Assembly: GCA_973895155.1 (NCBI GenBank)
Contig: OZ316898.1
Location: 6,683,079-6,747,078, forward strand
DNA: 64,000 nt
Direction: 5' to 3'
Source of the DNA: Marsupella aquatica
Lineage: Eukaryota; Plantae; Marchantiophyta
Below the pieces are notes generated by a model. That model was given only the letters and a program-made list of their open reading frames with translations, was not told where the DNA came from and did no database searches. Shown here piece by piece: positions 24,565 through 36,900 of the stretch (position 1 is the first letter of the stretch; every line of letters starts with the position of its first letter). The translations under genes were made by a program, and so were the position numbers.

Positions 24565-27500
24565 CTACTCCGACTCTTCAGCGGCCTGTGAAGACACATG
24601 TGGGATTTCACGCGCTCCAACCCCATCAACTGAGACCTCGGAGTCTTCCGAACCTTCAGAAAACTCTGAGTCGTAATAGCAATCGGTCCCTTCAGTCTCT
24701 TCAATGGCCCCTTCGGAGACATGAGCACCAGCTGTCCCGTCATCGCTCCCAATCTTCATCCACTTCTTAATCTGCAGAACCACTTTCATTTCACTATCCG
24801 AAAGGAAGATCTTTAGATCCACAGCATCCCCATTGACCCGCCAGCCCGAGTTTTGCTTGTCGTCCATCACGAAATTCTTGAGTTCCCGGAGGGACATTAG
24901 CTGCCTATCACGCATTTGCGGAGCTTTTTCGGTGGCACTCCAGGGCTTTATCACATTTATACCATACTTCAACCCCGGACAACATGCAAAACAAAGAACC
25001 TGCAGTTTCTGCATAATCTCACAAACCAGGTCAACTCGGGAGAAGCTCTCCTTTGCGGAATCTACAGTTTTCACAAGAATGTCTATCCTATCCTCGTTCG
25101 GATCTGCGGGATTTGCATCAACCTCTATCAAGATCGAAAGCTCGCCAACGTTGAAACTGGAACAGGATTTTCCGGCTCTGTATCCACTGTCCCCCCGACC
25201 ACCAAAATTAGTATCTTGCGCCAGTTCCACCTGTAATCTCCGAAACAGGGTCATAGGAATTGCAGTCCTTTCATGGTCCTCAGTAGCGAGACATCGCCCA
25301 ATTACCAAGCCGGATCCTTCACCTTCCCACTCTGCTAGTAGACTGTCATCGTCTTCCTGAATGAGAGCTGGGACCATGATTTCGTCGTTACCTTTCCTAT
25401 AACACAAACCCAAGCGTTCCAGCATCAAGATAATATCACCACTTTGCGTACCTTCCACCAGCAAGTGCTTGAAGTAGCCTTCGAACAGGTATGTGGGAAT
25501 TGATCCATTAACATTCTTTATCAGAGAGCAACCTTCTTCCAGCATGTCTTCTGGGAGAAGCAGGTCTCCGACGATTTGTCTACAGAACCATTCTGGCTGG
25601 AGGACCACTACGCTCCTATTGTTGGCCCCTGGCTCTGTCGAAACTTTCTGCTCGAAATAGATTATTCCCCCTATCTCATTCAGAAACAATATGGCAGCTT
25701 TCAAATGTTTTTCACTTAATTGATTTTCCTTCCTCTTCAAATTGATGTGCTTCTGAAACGTCTCCCAACTCATAATAGGCAGATGGCTATTCTTATCATC
25801 TTGCGGCCATCTTTTCAGCTCCTCTTGAAGCTCCAAACAAACTCTTGGCACACTAACATTTTGGAGCAGTATGTGAGCCTGACCAAAGAGATAGTCCTTC
25901 AGTGGTTGTACCGATGTAGGAGAACTAACATCCAGGGGAAATGGAAACAGATGAATATATAGAAGATCACAGAAAAACTCCTTGAAATGTTCTACCAAAG
26001 CCTCCCATATGATCATATGAGCCTTCGTGCATTGTTGACCACTGAAGCAGTTCAAAACAACCACCACCTGACGCTTGACATGCTTCTGAGAGCTTGAAGC
26101 TATGAACCGGAACCAATAGAGGAGGTCTTGTCCCAAATCTGCTACATCTTTCGTAACACTTGCTCTCAGGACAAGAACAAAGATTGTGGCTTTCCCGGTC
26201 ACTAATCCCATATCAGCGAAGAACGTACCATGCAGAACACGATATTCCTCCTGACCTGCTATGTCCCACAGAGTTAACGTCAGGCTCCTCTCGTCCACTT
26301 GACTGAATTCTATTCCTCTGGTCCGTGCTTCATTAGGTGGAGGAGTCTCCAGTGTGCAGTGGGTCAGAGCTCTTCTCAATGTGGTCTTTCCTACTTCAGG
26401 AAATCCGCAAAGAAATATTTTTGCAGAAGTAAGGGGTACTACATCCGTAAGCACTTCTCTATTCTCCCCCCTCAAAGCTCTCAGTCGAATGTTCCGAGCC
26501 CTGTACTCATTCACCTTTGTCTTCAATGCAGGATCATTCACTTGATTCCATTCAATATCAAATGTCATTGTGAGGTCTTCATTTTCACAGTAAGCTTGTA
26601 CCATGGCCTCCGCACATACGTCACGTACTAAATTTCCTACCCAAATTAGAGTCTTCAAGCTGCGAAGACGGCCCCTTTGAATGGTCTCCGTCAACTTTTC
26701 GAAAGCTGTGAAACCTATTCCCTTGTTCATTCCTAGATTCAATATTTGCAAATCCGGCAAAAAATCTGACTCGACCAGATTTACCAAAGCATCAACCGCC
26801 CTATTTCCCAACTGATTGTCATGGAGATCCAGCCACTTCAATGCCAATCCAGTCCCGGGGCCAGTCAATAATGCATCTGCAAAGCGCCAGATTTGCTCCG
26901 AGTTGATCCAACAGCCATCCAAGACGAGCTTTACAAAAGATTTCGACAAGAGCAAGGGCACCAAATCCTCCAAGTTAATCCGCATTAACGTATTCTGGCT
27001 GAGGCGCAGTGATTTAACATTCGGCAAGTTTCCAGAATTTATTGCCCGAGTGAAAATCTCCCAGCCATCGACTCCGTCAAGCACCCCGTTAGATAAGTCA
27101 AGATGCTGCAAGCTTTTGAAGCACCCATCTTTCAAAGCTGCGTCTAATCTTTGATGTAGACTGCTCCGGGAGAGATCGTCAAGACCTTCCATGCTCGTGA
27201 TAGAAAATGCGCGCAGATGAGACATATGATTCTCATTCCAGGCCGCTAAAATTGCACTCACATCACATTCAAGAGTAAGCACACTGACACCAACGGCGGG
27301 GAAGGATCTTGTAAGCAGACTTGTGAACTGGCCAGTCATTAACCATTGTGCGAGATGAGCCCATCCCTCTGGTCCCTGACGCAAACCTTCCGGATCATAG
27401 GTAATTCTCAATTCTAGCTCCTCTACCGTTAAGCTTGCGAGATGAGCCCATCCCTCTGGTCCCTGACGCAAACCTTCCGGATCATAGGACTTCTCAGAGG

Positions 27501-29019
27501 TAATTCTCACTTCTACCGTTGAGCATCCACTGCTTTCAAGGATAGTTCCAAAACAGTCCATTCGGGACCCAGCGCCATATCCAGTCCCCCGCTGATAGTG
27601 TAGCAGTTCCTGATTCCGATCTACTAGGTGCCCCTTCATATCGTCGACTTCAATTCTTTTAACACTGTAGTGTGTCACATTTGCCTCCGGACGACCAGTG
27701 GAGTACTTCGTAACATGCTGACGGTAGAGCACTTGATACCACTCATCTGGCAACCTGGCGCCATTTCCGTCGTGGAGTCGCACGAAGGCCTCTGCTGCAG
27801 AAGTATATCGATTTCTCGACCAAATCAAAAGCTTCAAACTGGGATGGTGACCGCTTCGAATGGTCTCCATCAGAATCATTAGCGCACTTGAATCCAACCC
27901 CCGGATCATACTCAAATCTAAGTCCTGCAACTGGGCCAGCTTCTCTGAACGGACCAGACGTACCAAAGCAGCAAATCCCCTAGAATCCAACTCATTATTG
28001 TGGAGATCGAGACGCTTCAACACTAAAGGACTCCGAGCTGCCTTCATTATTGCATCTGCAAACCGCTCAACTTCAATTGAGTTGATCTCACAACCATCCA
28101 TGATGAGGTTCTCAAGAGGCGTCGACAGCAGGAATGGGACTAAATCTGCCAACTTTGCTCCTCTGTTCTCACTCAACCTGAGAGATGTTAGATTTGGCAA
28201 CTTTCCAGATTTTATCGCCCGAAGAAAAACCTTCCAGCAATCCGAATCAGAAAGGAAGTTATCACTTGAACCGTACTTACCACGAGATAAATCGAGATGT
28301 TGCAATCTTTTCAAGCACCCGCTTTGCAAAACTGCACCCAAATTTTGAGACAGATCGCGTCCGCGATAAGCTTTTTTCCCCATGACGGAATATGACTTGA
28401 TCGCCAAAGAGCGACCAGCCGATCTGATTGAAAATGACCGCAAATCATATATATTTCCAGCCTTCAAGGCCCCTAAAATCGCACCGACTCTACACGCGGG
28501 GAGGGATAGTGTACGCAGGTTTGTGAACCGGCCAAATTTTAACGCTTCTGCTAGATGTGCACTTCCTTTACTTCCCAGATAACGGATCTGGGTATCCGGC
28601 TTCCTCAAGGCCAATCTCAATCCAATTCTTAGTGTCTTTAGCCTCGAGAATCGACCGCTTCCAAGGACAGGTCCCAAGTGGTCCATTCCCATGGGTTCCG
28701 CTTCCAATCCGCTCCGTAAAGTAGTCTCTGCTGGAGCTTGAGGAAGCTCGAGCTCCATGTGCTCAATTTGAGAGACATCGATGCGAGCCAAAATCTGCAT
28801 TATGTACTGCCACTCATCCGCATCAAGCAATTTCTTGATTCTGAAGTGTGAATTTGAATGTTTGTAAGAAGCCAAATCCTTCAAAGGCCCTGAATCCCAG
28901 TCTACAGATACACCTCGAGAAAAGTATTGACCAAATTTCTCCAGATAGAACTCCCAGTCATCCCTTCCTTGTTGGCTGCGAAATTCCCTCCAATTCGAAT
29001 CTTCGACCCACAACTCCAT
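24565..29019 (-). CDS. TORNADO1-like LRR-ROC-COR protein lacking the C-terminal domain (copy B)
   Basis: First ATG at 29019 (MELWVEDSNW). LRR, ROC and COR are intact; the ORF stops in the acidic linker. Homology continues out of frame (EGCWKEDLL..KDAEEG) to about 24488 and then ends. Confidence 0.88.
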   Translation of the reverse strand: MELWVEDSNWREFRSQQGRDDWEFYLEKFGQYFSRGVSVDWDSGPLKDLASYKHSNSHFRIKKLLDADEWQYIMQILARIDVSQIEHMELELPQAPAETTLRSGLEAEPMGMDHLGPVLGSGRFSRLKTLRIGLRLALRKPDTQIRYLGSKGSAHLAEALKFGRFTNLRTLSLPACRVGAILGALKAGNIYDLRSFSIRSAGRSLAIKSYSVMGKKAYRGRDLSQNLGAVLQSGCLKRLQHLDLSRGKYGSSDNFLSDSDCWKVFLRAIKSGKLPNLTSLRLSENRGAKLADLVPFLLSTPLENLIMDGCEINSIEVERFADAIMKAARSPLVLKRLDLHNNELDSRGFAALVRLVRSEKLAQLQDLDLSMIRGLDSSALMILMETIRSGHHPSLKLLIWSRNRYTSAAEAFVRLHDGNGARLPDEWYQVLYRQHVTKYSTGRPEANVTHYSVKRIEVDDMKGHLVDRNQELLHYQRGTGYGAGSRMDCFGTILESSGCSTVEVRITSEKSYDPEGLRQGPEGWAHLASLTVEELELRITYDPEGLRQGPEGWAHLAQWLMTGQFTSLLTRSFPAVGVSVLTLECDVSAILAAWNENHMSHLRAFSITSMEGLDDLSRSSLHQRLDAALKDGCFKSLQHLDLSNGVLDGVDGWEIFTRAINSGNLPNVKSLRLSQNTLMRINLEDLVPLLLSKSFVKLVLDGCWINSEQIWRFADALLTGPGTGLALKWLDLHDNQLGNRAVDALVNLVESDFLPDLQILNLGMNKGIGFTAFEKLTETIQRGRLRSLKTLIWVGNLVRDVCAEAMVQAYCENEDLTMTFDIEWNQVNDPALKTKVNEYRARNIRLRALRGENREVLTDVVPLTSAKIFLCGFPEVGKTTLRRALTHCTLETPPPNEARTRGIEFSQVDERSLTLTLWDIAGQEEYRVLHGTFFADMGLVTGKATIFVLVLRASVTKDVADLGQDLLYWFRFIASSSQKHVKRQVVVVLNCFSGQQCTKAHMIIWEALVEHFKEFFCDLLYIHLFPFPLDVSSPTSVQPLKDYLFGQAHILLQNVSVPRVCLELQEELKRWPQDDKNSHLPIMSWETFQKHINLKRKENQLSEKHLKAAILFLNEIGGIIYFEQKVSTEPGANNRSVVVLQPEWFCRQIVGDLLLPEDMLEEGCSLIKNVNGSIPTYLFEGYFKHLLVEGTQSGDIILMLERLGLCYRKGNDEIMVPALIQEDDDSLLAEWEGEGSGLVIGRCLATEDHERTAIPMTLFRRLQVELAQDTNFGGRGDSGYRAGKSCSSFNVGELSILIEVDANPADPNEDRIDILVKTVDSAKESFSRVDLVCEIMQKLQVLCFACCPGLKYGINVIKPWSATEKAPQMRDRQLMSLRELKNFVMDDKQNSGWRVNGDAVDLKIFLSDSEMKVVLQIKKWMKIGSDDGTAGAHVSEGAIEETEGTDCYYDSEFSEGSEDSEVSVDGVGAREIPHVSSQAAEESE

Positions 29020-30178
29020 TGACACAAGAATAACCTGTGCCCAAGATGGGGGACAAATCCAAACGTGTCCACTCCTTCCGGAAACAAGTCTTCGAACGTC
29101 AACTACAATGTTGGATGTCGCTCGATCAAAAGCTTGGACAATCTGCACTCGATTCACTCAAGTCACTGAGAAAGCACCATGACACACGAGAATAATGACT
29201 CAAAATCTCGAAAGCTAGCAAGCAGACACATGAGACACAGCATCCAGAACCACTATCTTACTGCTACGTCTTTCCCTGGAGAAACCTGTAAGTGGCCAAT
29301 CCCAAGAGCTCGATTAAGACGGCCATCAGGCCCGAGAAAGGACTCAGATGGCCACGAAGTCAGCCAGCCGAAGCATCTCTGTTGGTTCCAAACACTCCGG
29401 ACCTACATGCAGTGGAGCAAGAGAGGAAATTTGCTTCAGGTCCTCGATTTGCTGGTACATTTCGACTCAACTTGCGTGGATTCTTTCTAATTTTCTCAAA
29501 ACAGGAGCAGCGCCAATGCCACGATCTTCTCTGGGCATGATGATCGAGACTCCTACATTGTGCCTCCCGCGGCAGAGACCCGAGGGGAGCCGTGAAGTCC
29601 AAGCTCCGTAGTGGAGATATTTTGCCGAGCGTGGCTTCTCTGAGGCGCCGGTAGTTGGGCCGGCTGAAGTCCAAGCTCCGTCAAGGAGTGAAGAACACTC
29701 TGATTCGATTGGCTTCATCATTTTTAGTAATTTAGGAAGATATTTTATCGTTGCATTCGTCGTATGCCGTAGCGTCGTTTAGATCGAGGACAACTCTGTC
29801 GCAGATTTCCCAGACTAGGGGGAGCTCGTTTCCACTACCTTGCAAGCAGTTTCGAGACCTGATTTTGCCTCAAGTCCCTCGGTGTACCCAGCGTGATTTC
29901 GCTATTCTCGATCCACTCGGCTGCCCATTAACCACCGATCCCTCAATGTGGTGCGAGCTTGGAAGCATTTAAAGTAGATTCCACACGGAGGGGCATTTGA
30001 TAGATTCGCTACTTACTATTGGAACTTACGGGGGCTCTGTACAAGAAGCACAGAAGCAGCCTTGTAGACACAAATTCAAGCATGCAAAAAGTGAAACTGA
30101 GCGAGGAAAAAGCAACACCAAATATGTGTGAGCTAGAGGACCCTTTATTGGGCTTCTTTGCCGTTGGGCACTGTGATA

Positions 30179-30262
30179 TATATCCAACACATGGGGATTG
30201 CGTTGTGCTTTCCATCTTTGACATATCCAACACATGGGGATTGCGTTGTGCTTTCCATCTTT
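30179..30262. repeat. ~40-bp tandem duplication in the B/C divergent intergenic region
   Basis: ATATCCAACACATGGGGATTGCGTTGTGCTTTCCATCTTTG occurs twice. Confidence 0.85.
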
Positions 30263-30918
30263 GGTCTGAATCCTATAAAATCCAGTAAGAGCCTTCGGCA
30301 CGAGTGACGAGAAATCACGGAGCTCAGAGCTCATAGCTGAACCTACAGAGCTTCAGAGGAGAAGCTTCAGAGAAGATGCGGAAGGCGATCAATAATAGTG
30401 TGACTACTCTTGTTGGGTCGTAGTTGATTTGGGAAAGTGGAAAGAATCTAGAGAAGTTGGGAGGAAAGCTGCGAGCTGCAGACTGAGAGAGGGCGTCAAT
30501 ACAAGCTCCGTGTTTGCTGATGAGAGTCGCTTTTGGCAGTGAATAGAAACAGAGGAGCCCTTTTCCTGGCTAAATTTCGTGGCCATCTTAGTCCTTTCTT
30601 CCCCCTCATGGCCGTCGTAAGAGAGCTCTAACGGTTGGCAACTTTCACGTTTTTCCACGAAACGATGCAGTGAGAAGATAGCTGATTGTGGATGCTCTGT
30701 CTCGTGTGCGTGCTTACTACCTTTCGAGATTTTGTGTGATTGTTCTCGTGTCTCAATGTGGTACTAGCTGGGTACTTGAGTGAAGCGAGTCCAGATAATT
30801 GTAAAAGCTTTTGCTTGGGCGGCGGCAAGCATTGTAGAGTTCGGGGTTTGACAACTTTGTTTCAAGGAGTGGACAATTTTGAATTTGTGATCTATCTTTG
30901 TCAAAGTCAATTTTATCG

Positions 30919-33900
30919 ATGGATTATTGGATTGAAGATTCGAATTGGAGGAGCTTGGGGAGCCAACAAGGAATGGATGACTGGGACTTCTATCGGATGA
31001 TATTTGGTGGTTGCTTTGCTGGAGATCATTTCGAAGACGGGGACCCTGCTGTCGACTCTCATCTCAAGAATCTGAGGTCGTTCAAACATCCACAGTCACA
31101 CTTCAGAATCCAGCAAACCCTAAATTACACTCAGTGGAGATCGATAACGAATATCTTGAGTTATGTCGATGTCTCTCGGATAGAACACTTGGAGTTGGAG
31201 CTTCCTCAGCCTCAATATCCGCGAGAGGGGTTTATTGGGGATGGACTTTACTTGCTAGAGGACTTCATCCATCTAACCTTTAGACGTCTAACCTTTGGAC
31301 GTCTAAAAACACTGAGAATTAGACTGACCTCCAAGGACGGTCACGCGGCAGTTTTGGAGCGGGAGGAAATACAAGCATTCGCGTTAGAAGATTGGCTCGG
31401 GACCTGCCCGGACCTGCATACACTATCACTCCCCGCCTGCATTGATATCGGCAAAATGTCGTGGCACTTGGAGCCAACGTTTTCTCGACTGCGGTCATTC
31501 TCCATCACGGGCGCAAATGGTTTGCACCAACACAGATGGTTGCCGATCTTGTACGATTTTTTGGCTCTGGGGTGCTTCAGAAAGTTGGAGCATCTCGATT
31601 TATCTGATGGGTTCCTCGATGATGCCTCTTGCTGGAATTCTTTCATTCCATCCTTAACAGTTCGAAACGTGCCAGGTCTGAAGTCTCTCAGATTGAGTGA
31701 GAATGTAGGAGTTAACTTGGCGGATATGGTTCCTTTCCTTTTGTCGAGTCCGCTTGAGAACCTCGTCCTGGATGGTTGTGAGATTGACTCGGTCGATGTT
31801 GAGCGCTTTACAGATGCAATAAGGAAAGGTGCTCGGAATCCTTTAGCGTTGAGACGTCTCGATCTCCATAATAATGAGCTCGATGATATCGCGGTTCATG
31901 CTCTCGCCGGCTCAGACAAGTTGGCTCAGTTGCAGGACTTAGATTTGAGTATGAACTCAGGGATAGTTTCAGGAACTCTACTAACTTTGATGGAGACCTT
32001 TCAAAGGGGCCACCATCCCAGCTTGAAGGTGTTGATTTGGGCGAGAAATCCAGATAGTGATGCACCTGCAACAGAGGCTTTTGTGCGACTCTACGCCGGA
32101 AATGATGCCAACCTGCCAGATGAGTGGTATCAAGTGCTTTACCGTTTTCCCAAGGTGACTGGGGCCACTGGTCTATCAGAGACAAAGGAAACGCAGTGCA
32201 GAGTTCAAAGAATCCAATCCAATGATATGAGGGAACACGTAGTAGATTGGCATCGGGATCCCGCACACTGTCTGCCGGCAAGTGGATCTGGCACCATTCC
32301 TGGAGTGGAGCTCAGCTTAACATCGGGCGCCAGATGTGGAATGGACCATTTTGAAACTATCCTCGAAAGCAATAGAATCTCAACGGTAGAGGCGCTAAGA
32401 TTGAGAATTACCTCTTTGAGGTCTCAGGATCCAGCAGTTTTGGCCCAGGGACGGGAGGGAAATGCACGTCTAGCAGCAGCGTTAATGACTGGCCAGTTCA
32501 CAAGCCTGCTTACAAGGTCCCTCTCCGCCGGTGGTGTCATTGTGCCTATTATATCCCTGTCGGCATTTGATCTCAGTGGAGTTCTAGGGTCCTGGAATGA
32601 GAAACATATATCTCATGTGCGCGCATTTTCTATCTTGAGCATGGAGGGCCTTGACGATCTTTCCCGGACAATTTTACATCAGAAACTCGACTCAGCTTTG
32701 AAAAGTGGGTTCTTGAGAAGCTTGCAACATCTTGAACTATCGAGCGGGGTGCTTGATGGAGTGGATGGCTGGGAGGTTTTCACCCGGGCAATAAATTCTG
32801 GAAACTTGGACTGTATTACATCTGTCCACGTAAGGAAGAATGTATCAGCTGAAGTGGGCCCTTTCCTTATGTTTGATTTTCATCGGAGTCTCATGGTCAT
32901 GGATGGCTGTTGGGTCAATTCAGAGCAAGTTTGGGGCTTGGCGGATGCACTAATCAATGGCCCTGGGACTAGATTTTCACTGAAGGAGGTCCAATTATGT
33001 AATGGGGTACTTGTCAATGAGCATCATGGCTGGAAGGTTCTTACTCGGGCAATAAAGTCTGGAAACTTGGACAGTATTACATCTGTCATCGTAAGGAAAA
33101 ATGGATTAGCTGAAGTAGGCCCTGTCCATACGTTTGATTTTCCCCGGGGCCTCATAGTCATGGATGGCTCCTGGGTCAACTCAGAGCAAGTTTGGGGCTT
33201 GGCGGATGCACTAATCAATGGCCCTGGGACTAGATTTTCACTGAAGGAGGTCCAATTATGTAATGGGGTACTTGACAATGAGCATGGCTGGAAGGTTCTT
33301 ACTCGGGCAATAAAGTCTGGAAACTTGGACAGTATTACATCTGTCATCGTAAGGAAAAATGGATTAGCTGAAGTAGGCCCTGTCCATACGTTTGATTTTC
33401 CCCGGGGCCTCATAGTCATGGATGGCTGCTGGGTCAACTCAGAGCAAGTTTGGAGCTTGGCGGATGCACTAATCAATCGCCTTGGGACGATGTTCTCACC
33501 GGTGGAGCTCCATTTGTGTAATGGGGTACTTGACGATGGCCATGGCTGGAAGGTTCTTACCCAGGCAATAGAATCTGGAAAGCTGGGGAATATTAGATCA
33601 CTGCGCCTTAGCCAGAATGCACTGAATCGAACTAGCTTGGAGGACTTGCTCCCCATACTTTTGACAGATTCTTTCGTAAAACTGGTCATGGATGGTTGTT
33701 TTATCAACACGGACCAACTTCGGGCCTTGGCAGATGTATTAGTCAATTGCGGCGGGCCTGCATTGGCATTGGAATCGCTCGATCTCTCTGACAATCTGTT
33801 GTCAAATCAGGCGGTGGATGCTTTGGTAAACCTGGCCGACTCATATTTGTTGCTCCACTTGAAAGTGTTGAATTTGGGAAGGAACGTGGGAGTGGGTCTG

Positions 33901-36900
33901 AGAGATTTCAAGAGCTTGACGGAGACCATTGAGAGGGGCCGCCTTCCCAGCTTGGAGACTCTCATTTGGTTAGGAAATCCAGTAGATGACGTAGCTGCGA
34001 AGGCCGTAGCACGGGCGTACTATGAAAATGAAGACCTCACAACCACATTTGATATAACTTGGAATCAAGTCAGCGATCCTGCATTGTGGACGATGGTGAA
34101 TGAGTCCAGAGCTCGGAACATTCGGCTCAGGGCTTTGAAGGTGGAGCACAAAGATGTGCTTGAGGATGTAACACCCCTGACTTCTGCAAAAGTATTTCTT
34201 TGTGGATTTCCTGAAGTAGGAAAAACCACATTAAGGAGAGCTCTGACCAATTCGACACGACCACTGAAGGAAGCACGAACTAGAGGAATAGAGTTAAGTC
34301 AACTTGAGGAGAGGAATTTAACTTTGACTCTGTGGGATATAGCCGGTCAGGAGGAGTATCGTGTCCTGCATGGTACGTTCTTTGCTGATTTAGGATTAGT
34401 GGGTGGGAAAGCAACTATCTTTATTCTTGTCCTCAGAGCTAGTTTCGCGAAATCTGCGAAAGATGTGGAAAAAGACCTCCTCTATTGGTTTCGGTTCATA
34501 GCTTCAAGCTCTCAAAAGCATGTTAAACGGCATGTGGTGATTGTTCTAAATTGCTTTGGTGGTCAACAATGTGCAAAGCCTGCTATGACGCTATGGATGA
34601 GCTTGATCAAAAACATTAAGGATTTGTTTCGGGATGTACTCCACATTCGTCTGGCTCCATTTGTACTGGATGTCCGCTTTCCAACATCGGTTCAACCATT
34701 GAAGGATTTTCTGTTTGGCCAGGCTCAAACACTGCTGGAAAATGTCATGGTGCCAAAAGTGTGTTTGGAACTTCAAAAGGAGCTGAAAAGATGGGCAGAA
34801 GATGATACCAAGAGCCACCTTCCTATTATGAGTTGGGAGGCTTTTGAGAAGAACGTCAATTTGAAGCGCAAGGAAAATCGATTAAGTGGAACGCATTTTA
34901 AAGCTGCAGCACTCTATTTGCATGAGATTGGGGGAATAGTCTATTTCGACCATAAAGAATCGACAGATTCACGGTCCAAGCATAGGAGCGTGGTGGTCTT
35001 GCATCCAGAATGGTTCTGCAGACAAGTTGTGGGAGAACTGCTCCTCCCAGATGGAATGCTGGAACATTGTTGCTCCTTGATAGTGAATGTTGATGGATTA
35101 ATTCCCACATACCTATTCCAAAGCTACTTCGAACATTTGCTGGTAGAAGGTGTTCGAAGTGATGATGTTCTGTCGATGCTAGAACGAGTGGGTTTGTGTT
35201 ACAGGAAAGGTAACGACGAAATCATGGTCCCAGCTCTGATTCAGAAAGAAGATCATAATCTCAGAATGGGGTGGGAAGGTGAAGGATGCGGCTTGGTGAT
35301 TGGGCGGTGTCTCGCTATTGAGGACCATGAAAGGACTGCAATTCCGATGACCCTGTTTCGGAGACTACAGGTGGAACTGGCCCAAGATACTAATTTTGGT
35401 GGTCGTGGGGACAGTGGGTACAGAGCGGGAAAATTCTCGTCTAGTTTCAATGTTGGCGAGCTTTCGTTCTTGATAGAGGTTGATGCAAATCCTTCCAATC
35501 CAAATGACGACAGGATAGACATTCTCGTGAAAACCGTGTGTCCCCACGAGAAAAGATTCGCACAAGTTGAACGTGTTTGTGAGATAATGCAGAAACTGCA
35601 GGTTCTTTGCTTTGCATGTTGTCCAGGGTTAAGATATGATGTAAAAGTCATCGAGCCCTGGAGTGCCACTGAAAAAGCCCCCGAAATGACTAAAAGGCGG
35701 CTGATGTCCCTACGAGGGATCAAGGTTCTTGTGCTCCAAGACGAACTATACTCAAGCTGGCGGGTCAACGGGAATGCTGTGGAACTAAAGACCTTCCTTG
35801 CAGATGTTGAAATGAAGGCGGTTGTCGAGATCAAGGCCGGGATGAAGGCTGAGACCGATGACGGGACACGTGATGCTTATGCCTCTGAATGGGAGATTGA
35901 AGGGGCCGATGACTATTACAACTCAGACTTTTCTGAAGGGTCGGAAGACTCCGAGGTGTCACTGGGTGGGGTTGAGGCAAATGAAAAGCCAGATGTATCG
36001 TCAGAGGCGGTTGAAGACGCGGAGCGTGCTGCTGAGTTGAAGGATGATATAAAGGGGTGCTGGAAAGAAGATTCATTGCCACAAATCAAAGACTTTGAGG
36101 AAGGGAATAGTTCCAATCCACTGCTTCTGGAAAACGGGGGAGCATGCGTTCAGGATAGACAAGTTTTGCATCCTGAAATTCAGGAACTGAAGGATCTGAT
36201 CCGTTACACTTGCTCACATCTTGGCAAGGTTGTACACAGAGAAGGCCATGCCATACGCCAGCACATTGATGACGGAAACCAAAAGCTTTTGTTAAATGTT
36301 GACGAGGGGAGGGATGAAGTCTTGTTATGGATTCAAGCGCACTACTCGTTCTCCATAGCAGAGAAGGAGAAAAGCGTACCCAGGTTCCTGATTCTGAAAC
36401 GGAAAGACTCTTCGGGATTGTGGACAAGTTTCAAAGATACTGTCAAAGGACCCTTCCGAAAAAACTACAGACTGCACTTCCTCTGCGAGTGTCAATTCGA
36501 TGATGGCAATTTGCACTGGGTCGAAGATCAAGAAGGAGTAAAATTAAGTAAAACTACTGATGTAAACCAATGGCTGAAGGATGTGGAACCTTGGGTGCGA
36601 TGGTCCTATTTTGTGGCTACAACGGTAGCTAAAATCGCACTTACGGTCTTGCTGCCGGGTACTGCCGGTGCAATTCCAACCATATCAACGTCCACGGAGG
36701 AGCACGATAGAGCTAGGGATACGGCCGTGAGAATGCTGCAAGACGAGGACGAAAAGAATGGTCACGGGAAGCCAGATCCCGCCGAACAACTAACAGGTCT
36801 TAAAGAGAGACTGATTGCTGAGGGTCACGGAAATGTAGGTACCAGCGACAAACTAACAGATGTTAAAATGAAATTGGTCGCCGAAGGTGTTGTGAAGGAT

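Noticed and set aside
16725-36531. Numerous antisense and alternate-frame ORFs within the Roco genes
   Set aside because: Shadow ORFs of long coding sequences; they recur only because the genes are paralogous.
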